48,618 nt of DNA from Solirubrobacterales bacterium (GTDB lineage: Bacteria > Actinomycetota > Thermoleophilia > Solirubrobacterales > Solirubrobacteraceae): NCBI GenBank assembly GCA_025964155.1, contig JAOPZJ010000025.1:1-48618 (forward strand), written 5' to 3'. Shown piece by piece: positions 1-8,434 of the stretch. The notes beneath the pieces were generated by a model. The model was not told the DNA's origin, made no database searches, and saw only the letters and a program-made list of their open reading frames with translations. Position 1 is the first letter of the stretch; each line of letters opens with the position of its first letter. The translations under genes and the position numbers were made by a program.

Positions 1-74
1 CGGACTTCACCTGGGAGGACGCCGCCCGCGCGACGTGGGCGGTCTACCGCGAGGCGGCGCGGGCGCGGGTGTAG
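1..74 (+). CDS. 3' end of a GT4-family glycosyltransferase (partial, runs in from left edge)
   Basis: Frame from nt 3 reads DFTWEDAARATWAVYREAARARV*. This is the typical GT4 C-terminal helix (compare FSWQATADATADVYRELL of the GT4 at 3480-4514). Confidence 0.8.
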   Translation, partial: DFTWEDAARATWAVYREAARARV

Positions 75-236
75 GTGGGTTGGGTTGTGCTCCGAGTGCT
101 GTGCTCCCAACAGCGCCAGCCTGCGACGAACGTCCGTTTCTCCCGGCAAGAGCAAGGACAACCGGACGTCGGTTGGCCCGGAGGCGCGCTCGGCCGGCGC
201 TCTCGCGACCGCGGGTCAGGCCGCGTCAGCGCCACC

Positions 237-290
237 GATGTGAACGAAGCTTCATCACCCCCACAGGAGTGATGACACTCCCTGCACATC
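237..290. repeat. REP-like imperfect palindrome with CCCCACAGG core
   Basis: Arms GATGTGAACGAAGCTTCATCAC / GTGATGACACTCCCTGCACATC flank CCCCACAGGA. Related to the 49-bp repeats at 44829-44948. Lies between convergent genes. Confidence 0.7.
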
Positions 291-960
291 ACGGCTCGCG
301 GTGGGCCCGGCGCTCGGCAATTGCGATGGCGCCCTCGCTGGTCACGACGAAAAGCTCGGTGACGTCGTTGATGAGCTGCTCTCGCGTCAGGGCCAGGCGG
401 CCGTCGAGCCAGGCGATGAGCAGCTCGGTGATGCCGCCGACGAGCAGCGCGGCGGCGACGTCGCCGATCGGGTCCGCGTCGTCCTCACGGCCGTAGAAGG
501 TGCGCCCGAACGACGACAGGATCTGCCACATCGCGTGCATGGCGTCCAAGCGCCGGCGCGCGAGCGCTTCGCTGCCGAGCGCCTCGACGAACAGGACCCG
601 GGCGACGCGCGGGTCATCGGTGACGTGGCGCACAAGCGTGCCGATCGCCAGGTGCGCGGCGGCGTACGTGCCGTCCCTCGGGGCGGTGTTGGCGGCGGCG
701 AGCAGGCGGCGCGTGGTCTCCTCGGCGACCTGATCGAAGACGGCGATGAGCAGCGCGTCGAGGTCACGAAAGCTCTCGTAGAAGTAACGCGGGTTGAGCT
801 TGGCGTGGGCGCAGACGCTGCGGACCGTCGTCGCGGACCAGCCCTGGGTTCCAAGCAGCTCGAGCGCGGTCTCCATGAGCGTCGCCCGGCGCTCGGCGGC
901 GCGCTCGGCCGCGCTGGAGCCGCGGTAGCGGCCGGTGGGGGCGGCAGGCATCACGGTCAT
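289..960 (-). CDS. TetR/AcrR family transcriptional regulator
   Basis: N-terminal HTH (ERRATLMETALELLGTQGWSATTVRSVCAHAKLNPRYFYESF). Start trimmed to ATG 960 because the longer ORF overlaps the divergent gene. Confidence 0.93.
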   Translation of the reverse strand: MTVMPAAPTGRYRGSSAAERAAERRATLMETALELLGTQGWSATTVRSVCAHAKLNPRYFYESFRDLDALLIAVFDQVAEETTRRLLAAANTAPRDGTYAAAHLAIGTLVRHVTDDPRVARVLFVEALGSEALARRRLDAMHAMWQILSSFGRTFYGREDDADPIGDVAAALLVGGITELLIAWLDGRLALTREQLINDVTELFVVTSEGAIAIAERRAHREP

Positions 961-972
961 TCTCGCAGGTCT

Positions 973-1023
973 GGCAACGGGCGTTACCGAGTGGTAACGT
1001 GCCATCGGGAAACAGGCGTTGCC
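973..1023. promoter_or_regulatory. Two palindromic operators GGNAAC-N4-GTTNCC, probable TetR binding sites
   Basis: GGCAAC-GGGC-GTTACC (973-988) and GGAAAC-AGGC-GTTGCC (1008-1023) lie in the divergent intergenic region. An overlapping perfect IR CGTTACC-GAGT-GGTAACG occupies 982-999. Confidence 0.65.
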
Positions 1024-1050
1024 TAACTGGATCGGAGAGCTTCTCTCGCC

Positions 1051-2274
1051 ATGGACCACCTCGCGCACGACCACGCCGGCCGCTTTCGGGACGTGGAGGC
1101 GGCGCGCGTGGTGCACGGCGCCGACGTCATCGACCGGATCATCGACGGGTGCTTCGTCGCCGACCCGGAGGCCGACGCGCTGGTCGCCGCGTTCCGTGAG
1201 TTGCCCGGGCGCACGGGATGGCGGCTGCTCGAGCAGGCGTTGAGCGACGGGGTCGAGTCCCTCGGACCAGGCGCGCCGGACGAGCTCGCCGCACTGCTGG
1301 AGCCGGTGTCGATGCTGCCCGGCTGGGTGGACCCCGACCGACTGCACGCGGGTGCCGTCGCGTACTGGCGCGCCGGCGCGGGCGCGCTGTCGTTGTCTCT
1401 CACGTGCGGGTCGCTGGCCTACGGCTACCAGAGCGCGAGCCTCTCCCGGCCGCTGGCGGCGACCGGTCGCCTGGAGCGCCTGGCCCCCCGCCGCCTAGGC
1501 GAGACGGCCCGCTGGGTCCTGTCCGTCACGACGCCTGGCGGGATGCTGCCCGGGGCGCAAGGCGTAGCCAGTTCGGTGCGGGTGCGCGTCGTCCATGCGC
1601 TCGTCCGAGCGCACCTGCTGCGGGACGGCGGCGGCTGGGACGTCGCGAACTGGGGCGTCCCGCTGAGTGCGAGCGACGCCGGCTCGACGGCGATGGGCGG
1701 CTTCCTCACGATTCACCTGGACGCCATGCATGACCTCGGCGTCCGCTACTCCCGCGACGAACTCGAGGACATGACGCACCTGTGGGCTTGGATCGCGACG
1801 GTGATGGGTGTGCCTCAGGTGCTGGCGCCGCCGGCCTACGGCGAGGCGCGGCGCCAGGTCCGTGCGGCGCTGGCAATCGACGGCGGACCGGGCGAGGACT
1901 CGGTCCGGCTCATGCACGCGCTGCTGCACCACCCGGTGCCGCTGATCCGGCTCCTGCCCGGCGTGGTCCAAGGCCCCGCCACCGCGCTCAACGCCCACGT
2001 CCTGGCGGGCTTCACGCGACGGTGGATGGGCGACGAGATGGCCGACCGGCTCGAGGTCGCCAAGACGCCGCTGACCCACGCGGCGCTGCTGGCGCGTCCG
2101 GTCTCCGCCCTGCGCGGCGCGGTCACCCGCACCGGCGTCCTGGGCAGCGGCGAGCGCCTCGGCGCGGTCGAGCGCGCCCTCGTCAGGCGGGTGCTGACGC
2201 AGGGGAAGGCGGCGCGGGCGCCGATCGCGCCGGAGGATGCAGCGGCCGCGCCCGTGCTGCGGGAGGTTGCGTAG
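1051..2274 (+). CDS. Oxygenase MpaB / DUF2236 family protein (cytoplasmic, Lcp-related fold)
   Basis: Motifs PGWVDPDRL, RRLGETARW, RVRVVHALVRAHL (putative heme His), WGVPLS, HLWAWIATVMGV. No signal peptide. Confidence 0.85.
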   Translation: MDHLAHDHAGRFRDVEAARVVHGADVIDRIIDGCFVADPEADALVAAFRELPGRTGWRLLEQALSDGVESLGPGAPDELAALLEPVSMLPGWVDPDRLHAGAVAYWRAGAGALSLSLTCGSLAYGYQSASLSRPLAATGRLERLAPRRLGETARWVLSVTTPGGMLPGAQGVASSVRVRVVHALVRAHLLRDGGGWDVANWGVPLSASDAGSTAMGGFLTIHLDAMHDLGVRYSRDELEDMTHLWAWIATVMGVPQVLAPPAYGEARRQVRAALAIDGGPGEDSVRLMHALLHHPVPLIRLLPGVVQGPATALNAHVLAGFTRRWMGDEMADRLEVAKTPLTHAALLARPVSALRGAVTRTGVLGSGERLGAVERALVRRVLTQGKAARAPIAPEDAAAAPVLREVA

Positions 2275-2316
2275 GCGGCTCGTCCGGGTGTCGGCTCCGC
2301 CCGCGTCGGGCGGGTT

Positions 2317-2370
2317 GTCGTGACGTCATTCCTGCGCCCCTCCCAGGGCACCTGATCGACGTCGCCCCCG
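2317..2370 (-). repeat. Dispersed ~54-bp palindromic repeat, copy 1
   Basis: Its reverse complement aligns without gaps to 7500-7553 (GCGACGTCGATC...GGGAGGGGC..CAG.AA.GACGT..CGAC). Confidence 0.75.
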
Positions 2371-2398
2371 ACGCGCGCGCCCGTGCGGCCGCGCCCCC

Positions 2399-3355
2399 TC
2401 ACTCCAGCGGCCGCAGCCCGAACGGCACCCGGCGCCCGGTCGCGCGGCGGGGTTGGATCGCGCGGCGGCGCTGCAGCGCGCGGCGCGAGAGCCGCCAGGC
2501 GTCCGCGTAGCCGTGCAGCAGGTGGCGCTCGCGCAGGACGACGTGGCCGAGCGCGAGCACCTCGTAGGCCAGCACCCAGGGCAGGTCGCGCAGCAGCGCG
2601 CCGGCCGTGTCGTTCTTCAGCATCATGAGATAGCGGTTGCGGAACTGCAGGCGGCGGTGGTGCTCGGGGACGGCGTCGCGGGTGCTGGGCGAGTAGAAGC
2701 GCTGGTGCCAGGCGACCGCCCCAGGCTCGTAGACGCACCCCCACCCGAGGAGCTGGGCGCGCCACGCGAGGTCCACGTCCGAGGCCCACAGCTCCATGTC
2801 CTCGTCGAGGACCTCGCTGCCGTTCGCGCAGGCCGAGAGGACCTCGCGGCGATACAGGACGCACGCGCCGTCCCCGCCGAAGACGTCGCCGAACCGTGCG
2901 TAGGAGGACGCCGGCGCGCCGTGGCCGACGAGGCCGTTCTTGCGGCGGCGGTCCATCACCATCGCCGCGGTGTCAACGACCTCGAGACGCTCGGCCTCGG
3001 ACGGCCCGGTCGCCCGGATGAGCTTCGGGGCCACCGAGCCGACGCCGGGCCGCGACAGACGGACGTGCGCCGCCTCGAGGAAGCCAGGGTCAAGGACGCA
3101 GTCGGCGTTCAGCAGCAGGACGGCGTCCCCGTCGCTCTGCTGGATGCCGGCGTTGATCGCCGCCGCGTAGGAGACGCGCTCGCGCAGGCGCACGACCTCC
3201 ACTCCGAGCCGCTGGCACAGGGTCACGGTGCCGTCGGTGCAGGCGTTGTCGATCACCAGCACGCGCGCGGCGGGCTGGGCGAGCGCCGCCGGGAGGCACG
3301 ACTCGAGCAGCGGCGCCTCGTCGACGCTCAGCACGAGGACGGTGGTGATGCTCAC
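2399..3355 (-). CDS. GT2 family glycosyltransferase (WbbL-like)
   Basis: VIDNACTDGT, SYAAAINAG, LLLNADC, SDVDLAWR and FRNRYLM motifs of GT-A fold GT2 enzymes. Confidence 0.92.
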   Translation of the reverse strand: MSITTVLVLSVDEAPLLESCLPAALAQPAARVLVIDNACTDGTVTLCQRLGVEVVRLRERVSYAAAINAGIQQSDGDAVLLLNADCVLDPGFLEAAHVRLSRPGVGSVAPKLIRATGPSEAERLEVVDTAAMVMDRRRKNGLVGHGAPASSYARFGDVFGGDGACVLYRREVLSACANGSEVLDEDMELWASDVDLAWRAQLLGWGCVYEPGAVAWHQRFYSPSTRDAVPEHHRRLQFRNRYLMMLKNDTAGALLRDLPWVLAYEVLALGHVVLRERHLLHGYADAWRLSRRALQRRRAIQPRRATGRRVPFGLRPLE

Positions 3356-3375
3356 GCGCCGACCTCGCTCCGAGC

Positions 3376-3479
3376 GCGCGCAAGCCGAGTCCTGCGTGCG
3401 GGGTCTTCCGCACCGACCGCGTCAGACGCCGAGCCGCCATGCGAGGCGATCCGCAACCCGCTGGGCGAGGCTTGCGCGC
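3376..3479. repeat. ~104-bp element bounded by 11-bp perfect inverted repeats
   Basis: GCGCGCAAGCC (3376-3386) and GGCTTGCGCGC (3469-3479), with further internal complementarity. Fills the gap between two co-oriented GT genes. Confidence 0.55.
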
Positions 3480-4514
3480 TCACAGGAGCTCCCGATACAC
3501 GTCGGCGGTGGCATCCGCGGTCGCCTGCCACGAGAACGCCTGCGAGCGCGCCAGGCCGAGCGCGCGCAACTCGGCCGCGCGCGCGGGCTCCAGCCCACGC
3601 AGGATCGCCGCGGCCAGGTCGTCGACGTCGTGCGGATCGAAGAGCTCGGCCGCGCCACCGGCGACCTCCGGCAGTGACGTGGCGTCGGCGATCGCGACGG
3701 GCGTACCCCGGACCATCGCCTCGGCGACGACCAGGCCGAAGCCCTCGTACAGCGACGCGTGCACCACCAGGGCCGCACCGCGCACGACGGCGTCCAGTTC
3801 CGCGTCCGCGAGGAAGCCCGTCACGTGCAGCCCGTCCGGTAACGGAGCGCCCGCCGGCAGACCCAGCGCCGCCACGTCACCGTGCCCGGCAATCACCAGG
3901 CGATGATCGATGAGCCCGCCCGCCCGCAGGGCGCTCCAGGCGGCCACGACGCGCGCGAGGTTCTTCTTCGCCCGCAGGTCGCCGACGGCCAGGAGGTAGG
4001 CCTCGCCGCCAGCAGCGTCGGCCAGCCACGCGGGCGGCGGTGCATCCCCCACCGGGAGCGACGGGGCGTACGGGATGACGCGCAGCTTGCGCTCGTCCAC
4101 CCCGTAGCGGGCCACGAGGTCGTCCGCCGTGGCGCGCGAGCCGACCAGCACGCGCTGGGCGGAGCGTGCGGCCCGCGGCGCGATCCAGCGGTACTTCGTC
4201 CCCGTGCGGGTGGAGAAGTCGTCCGGGTAGGCCTCGAACGCGAGGTCGTGGATGCTCACCACACCCGCGCCCCGGCGGACGAGCGGCAGAAAGCAGTTCG
4301 GTGCGTGCACGATCCGCGCCCTCGTTCGCCAGCAGACAAACGGCAGCGTCACCTGCTCGGCCAGCACCTCGGGTCCCCTAGCCTGCCGCTGGTACACGGT
4401 GACCAGGTCCGCCGGGAGGCGGCGGGAGAGTTCGAGCGCGTACCGGCCCCAGCCCCGGAGGGGTGCGGCGTACGCGTCCCGTGCATCCAGTAGAACTGGC
4501 GGAGAGGTCGACAT
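3480..4514 (-). CDS. GT4 family glycosyltransferase (MtfB/WbaZ-like)
   Basis: SIHDLAF, KKNLARVV, SLYEGFGLVVAEAMVRGTPV (EX7E), SLPEVAG. TAGGCT -10 lies 9 nt upstream. Confidence 0.95.
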   Translation of the reverse strand: MSTSPPVLLDARDAYAAPLRGWGRYALELSRRLPADLVTVYQRQARGPEVLAEQVTLPFVCWRTRARIVHAPNCFLPLVRRGAGVVSIHDLAFEAYPDDFSTRTGTKYRWIAPRAARSAQRVLVGSRATADDLVARYGVDERKLRVIPYAPSLPVGDAPPPAWLADAAGGEAYLLAVGDLRAKKNLARVVAAWSALRAGGLIDHRLVIAGHGDVAALGLPAGAPLPDGLHVTGFLADAELDAVVRGAALVVHASLYEGFGLVVAEAMVRGTPVAIADATSLPEVAGGAAELFDPHDVDDLAAAILRGLEPARAAELRALGLARSQAFSWQATADATADVYRELL

Positions 4515-4583
4515 TGCACGCAGAGCCTACGTCCGCCATCATGCGGACCACCGGTAGGGGTACCGAAGGGGCAGAGGGGACAG

Positions 4584-5402
4584 ATGTCAGTCATTGACGA
4601 CGCAGCAGCACTCCGTGCTAGGGAACGGCCGAACATCCAGGACGCCACGACGTCGCGGATCTTCGACATCCCGATCGACCTCGCGCGCCCCGCGGATCTC
4701 TTAAGGCGCATCACCGGCTGGGTCGGTGACGGCGGCGGCGCGCGCCGCGTGATGTACGTCAACGCCCACGTGCTCAACCAGTCCCAGGAGTCCCCGGCGC
4801 TGCACGCGGCGCTCACGAGCGCCGACCTCGTCTACTGCGACGGGTATGGCGTGCGCCTGGCCGCCAAGGCGATGGAGGCCGAGGTCCCCCACCGCATGAC
4901 CGGGGCAGACTGGGTCTGGGGTCTGGCGTCGCTCTGCGAGACCGCCGAGCTGTCGGTCTACCTGCTGGGCTCGGACCCGGGCGTCGCGGCCGAGGCCGCC
5001 GAGCGCCTGCATCGCTGGTACCCGCGACTGCGCATCGCCGGGACACACCACGGCTACTTCGAGCCCGGCTCCGAGCACGACCAGCGCGTCGTCGAGGACA
5101 TCAACGCCCGCCGCCCGGACATCGTCCTCGTGGGCATGGGCTCGCCGAAACAGGAGCAGTGGGTGCAGGCCCACGCGCACGAGCTGGACACCGATGTCCT
5201 GTGGACGGTGGGGGCCCTGTTCGACTACGTCAGCGGACGCGTGCCGCGCGCACCGGCCTGGTTGGCCGACAATGGTCTTGAATGGATCTTCCGACTCGCG
5301 ATCGAGCCGAACCGCATGTGGCGTCGGTACCTGCTGGGCAACCCGGTGTTCGTGAGCCGGGTGATGACGCAGGCGCGTCACCGCCACAGCATCCACGGCT
5401 GA
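4584..5402 (+). CDS. WecB/TagA/CpsF family glycosyltransferase (GT26)
   Basis: YVNAH, DGYGV, RMTGAD, HHGYF, VGMGSPKQEQW, RAPAW..GLEWIFRL..EPNRMWRRYL. Confidence 0.95.
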   Translation: MSVIDDAAALRARERPNIQDATTSRIFDIPIDLARPADLLRRITGWVGDGGGARRVMYVNAHVLNQSQESPALHAALTSADLVYCDGYGVRLAAKAMEAEVPHRMTGADWVWGLASLCETAELSVYLLGSDPGVAAEAAERLHRWYPRLRIAGTHHGYFEPGSEHDQRVVEDINARRPDIVLVGMGSPKQEQWVQAHAHELDTDVLWTVGALFDYVSGRVPRAPAWLADNGLEWIFRLAIEPNRMWRRYLLGNPVFVSRVMTQARHRHSIHG

Positions 5403-7378
5403 CGCTGCGCGCCTTCCTCACGCGCTGGGGCTCGCCCCTGCTCGCCGTCTTGGCGGGCGTGGTGGCGCTCAAGCTCGCGCGGGACGCGGGCGTCGTCGGC
5501 CGCGCCGCCGTCCCCTCGCTGGCCCGTGCCGGCGGGGCGACGATCGCGCTGTTCGTCGTCACCGGCTGGGGGCTGACGCGGCTGCTGCTGCCGACCGGCC
5601 TGCGGCGCTACGAGCTGCTCTGGGTCGCCCCGATCGGGGCGTGCGCGACCGCCGTGAGCATGATGGTGCTCGGCTTTGCCGCGGTCCCCTACCGGATCAA
5701 CCTCGGCCTCGTCATCGCCGGTGGGGTCGTGCTCGCGCTCGTCGCCGCGCGGCGGTCGCCGGCGGAGGGGCCGCTCGGGTTACAGACGGAGGCAGGGTCC
5801 GGGGTGCCGGTCGTCGCCGACCTCCCGCCCGACCCGCGGCCGCGCGCGGCCCTGCGCCGGGCGGCGTGGCCGGCCTGGATCGCCGTCCTGCTCATCGCGG
5901 TGGCGCTCATCCCCCTGCTGCGCGCCGGCTTTGCCACCGTCGAAGGCCAGGGGCAGGACGCGCACCTGGCCGTCGGCAGCGCGATCTTCCTCAAGTCCCA
6001 TTACCCGACGAGCGTGGCGATCGAGGAGCCGGTGGACCGCATGCCGCTGGTGTGGCGCTCCAAGCAGGCGATCTACTACACGCTCGCGGCCGCGTCCTCG
6101 CTCTCCGGGCTCGAGGTCTACGAGACGATCTCGACGGTCGCGGCGGTGCTGCTTGCGATGGCGGCGCTGGGCTTCTTCCTCGTCGCCCGTGAGCTGTTGC
6201 GCGCCCCACCCTGGGCGGCCGTGGTGGCGATGACGCTCGTCGGCCTGGACCGCATGGTGCTGCACACCGTGATGCACCCGTACTTCAACCAGACGTGGGG
6301 CTTCTTCGCGATGCCCTTCGCCATGGTGCTCGCGTGGTGGGTGGTGCGGGAACGCACGCGCGGCGGCATCGCGCTGCTGCTGTTGTTCGTCGCGGTGCTG
6401 GGGCTCGCGTATCCGCTGGCGTTGCCCATCCCGCTGCTGCCGCTGGCGATCGTCCTCTGGCCCGAGCTCAAGCGGCTGCGGCCGCGGCGCGTATGGAAGG
6501 GGCGGCGGTCGCTCAGGTGGATGGTGCCGGCGGTGTTCGTGGGGCTCTGGGTCCTCTCGGTGCCGCCGCTGAAGGGCATCGTCGAGAAGATCCAGAGCGC
6601 CAACGCCGTCGTCCTGAACCCGTTTCACTCATTGCAGAACTGGGGCGGGGACCTGCTGGGCTACTTCCCCGAGCCGCACTTCCTCGCAATGAACACGTAC
6701 CTGGCGCTGGCCGTCATGGCCGGCCCGCTGGTGTACGCGTCGTGGCTGGCGCTGCGGGACGTGGAGGTGCCGTTGCGGCGGGCGCTCGTGGGCCTGCTGC
6801 TCTTCACGCTCGTCTTCCTCGTCTGGTTCCGGATCCGCTCGTTCGGCTACTACTTCCACTTCAAGCTGCTGGCGTTCGTCGGGCCGATCCTGCTGACGCT
6901 CGCGATCGCCGGCGCCGCGAAGCTGCGCCCGCGCCGCGCAGGGATCGCCTTCATGGTCGTCCTGGGCCTCATGGCCACGAGCGCCGCCGCGCACGAGATC
7001 GGCTCCACCTTCGACGAGCTCCCCAAGAACGTCCTGCAGCTGCAGGAGATCGACGCAGCGCTGCCGCCCGGTCAATCGATCCGGCTGGACATCGACCCGC
7101 AGGAACAGAACTGGGGCGCCTTCATGCTCCACGGCCAGCCGCTGTGCTCACAGAAGCCGCTGCTGAACACGAACTACCCGCACGTCCAGATCTCGCGCAA
7201 GGCGGACTACATCCTCACGAAGGTCGACGCGCGAGCACCGGCCGACGCGGCAGGGCCTCCCGTCCAGAAGCTCACGGCGTACACGCTGTACAAGGCCAAG
7301 CCGGACATCCCGGGGCGGGACATGTGTTCGCAGGCGATGGTCGAGACGGTGACGAAGGTCGACACCGGCGGCGGTTAG
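5282..7378 (+). CDS. Polytopic membrane protein, probable GT-C-fold glycosyltransferase/ligase with C-terminal extracytoplasmic domain
   Basis: More than a dozen hydrophobic segments, a GQDAHL loop motif after the first helices, and a soluble C-terminal domain. True start is probably near 5399-5460, because the first ~40 codons overlap the TagA gene. Confidence 0.7.
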   Translation: MDLPTRDRAEPHVASVPAGQPGVREPGDDAGASPPQHPRLTLRAFLTRWGSPLLAVLAGVVALKLARDAGVVGRAAVPSLARAGGATIALFVVTGWGLTRLLLPTGLRRYELLWVAPIGACATAVSMMVLGFAAVPYRINLGLVIAGGVVLALVAARRSPAEGPLGLQTEAGSGVPVVADLPPDPRPRAALRRAAWPAWIAVLLIAVALIPLLRAGFATVEGQGQDAHLAVGSAIFLKSHYPTSVAIEEPVDRMPLVWRSKQAIYYTLAAASSLSGLEVYETISTVAAVLLAMAALGFFLVARELLRAPPWAAVVAMTLVGLDRMVLHTVMHPYFNQTWGFFAMPFAMVLAWWVVRERTRGGIALLLLFVAVLGLAYPLALPIPLLPLAIVLWPELKRLRPRRVWKGRRSLRWMVPAVFVGLWVLSVPPLKGIVEKIQSANAVVLNPFHSLQNWGGDLLGYFPEPHFLAMNTYLALAVMAGPLVYASWLALRDVEVPLRRALVGLLLFTLVFLVWFRIRSFGYYFHFKLLAFVGPILLTLAIAGAAKLRPRRAGIAFMVVLGLMATSAAAHEIGSTFDELPKNVLQLQEIDAALPPGQSIRLDIDPQEQNWGAFMLHGQPLCSQKPLLNTNYPHVQISRKADYILTKVDARAPADAAGPPVQKLTAYTLYKAKPDIPGRDMCSQAMVETVTKVDTGGG

Positions 7379-7499
7379 GTGACGGGCCCTCGGCCGAGGG
7401 TTCGCCCGCCTCGCGACGGGCCGATCGTCCGCCGCAGGAGCACACCGACCGCCGCGTTGGCTGCCCCCAGCGCAACCGCCGCCGGGCGGGCCGGCCCGG

Positions 7500-7553
7500 C
7501 GGGCGCGACGTCGATCGGCAGCCCCGGGAGGGGCACAGAAACGACGTTGCGAC
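7500..7553 (+). repeat. Dispersed ~54-bp palindromic repeat, copy 2
   Basis: Hairpin GCGACGTCG...GCCCC-GGGA-GGGGC...CGACGTTGC, an inverted homolog of 2317-2370. Lies in a convergent intergenic region. Confidence 0.75.
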
Positions 7554-7637
7554 CAGGACCGCGCGCGGGACGTCCCAATACCGCTGCCCTGGCGACGGCA
7601 AACGGACGTCGCGCCGCCGGGCGGGGCGCCTAAACCC

Positions 7638-8390
7638 CTACGGCGCGGTGAACGTCAGCCGCGCGACCTGGTCGCCCTTGGCGGCGCCGCGGATGGGCTT
7701 GTGCTTGACGACCTCGTGGCCAGGGGCCTCGGTGAGGCCGGCGGTCGTCGCCCAGCCGCGCAGCGCCGCGAGGTTGGGGATCCACCAGGTGAACAGTGAT
7801 CCGGGGGCCGGCGGGCGGAACTCCGCCACCGGGCGCCTTGGGTGGGCGCGCGTGAGGGCCACCGAGTAGGCCTCGATCATGAGCAGGGTGCCGCCGGGCT
7901 TCAGCGTCTGGCGCATGCGCTCCAGGGCCGCGGTCGGGTCGCGCAGGTGCTGGAGGATCGTGCCGCAGAGCACGACGTCGACCGGTCCGTCGGTCCAGTC
8001 GGGGGTGAGGTCGTAGATGTTGCCCTCGACCCGTCGCACCACGGAGTCGAGCGCCGCGTGGGCGAGCTTGAAGCCGGACCCCCACTCCAGCCCGCTCTCG
8101 CGGCTGGCGGCGAGGTTCTGCGCCCGGGTGTTCGGCGGCCAGTCGGCCTGCGTGCCGTCCGGCAGGTCCAGTGCGTAGACCGCCTCCGGACCGCGGGCCT
8201 CCATCGAGTACGCCCAGAACCCGTCGAAGGTCCCGACGTCGAGGCAGCGCTTGCCGGCCAGCGAGGCGGGCAGCGCGTCCGCAGCGAACGATCGAAGGTC
8301 GCAGTACCCGGGCGTCACCACGCCACCCGGCAGGTCGAGCGCGTGGTACCAGCCGGGGTGCTCTGCCACGCGTTGCGCGAGGTCATCCAT
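7638..8390 (-). CDS. Class I SAM-dependent methyltransferase (DUF1698/CmoB-like)
   Basis: WYHALDLPGGVVTPG, CLDVGTFDGFW (motif I), DVVLCGTILQHLRDP, WWIPN. TAGGGT -10 upstream. Confidence 0.9.
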   Translation of the reverse strand: MDDLAQRVAEHPGWYHALDLPGGVVTPGYCDLRSFAADALPASLAGKRCLDVGTFDGFWAYSMEARGPEAVYALDLPDGTQADWPPNTRAQNLAASRESGLEWGSGFKLAHAALDSVVRRVEGNIYDLTPDWTDGPVDVVLCGTILQHLRDPTAALERMRQTLKPGGTLLMIEAYSVALTRAHPRRPVAEFRPPAPGSLFTWWIPNLAALRGWATTAGLTEAPGHEVVKHKPIRGAAKGDQVARLTFTAP

Positions 8391-8434
8391 GCCGCGCGGA
8401 CCCTACAAGGCGCCCGCCGTTCTTGCCCCGCCGA

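Noticed and set aside
1051-2274. Latex clearing protein (lcp)
   Set aside because: No Tat signal peptide; fits the broader cytoplasmic DUF2236/MpaB group.
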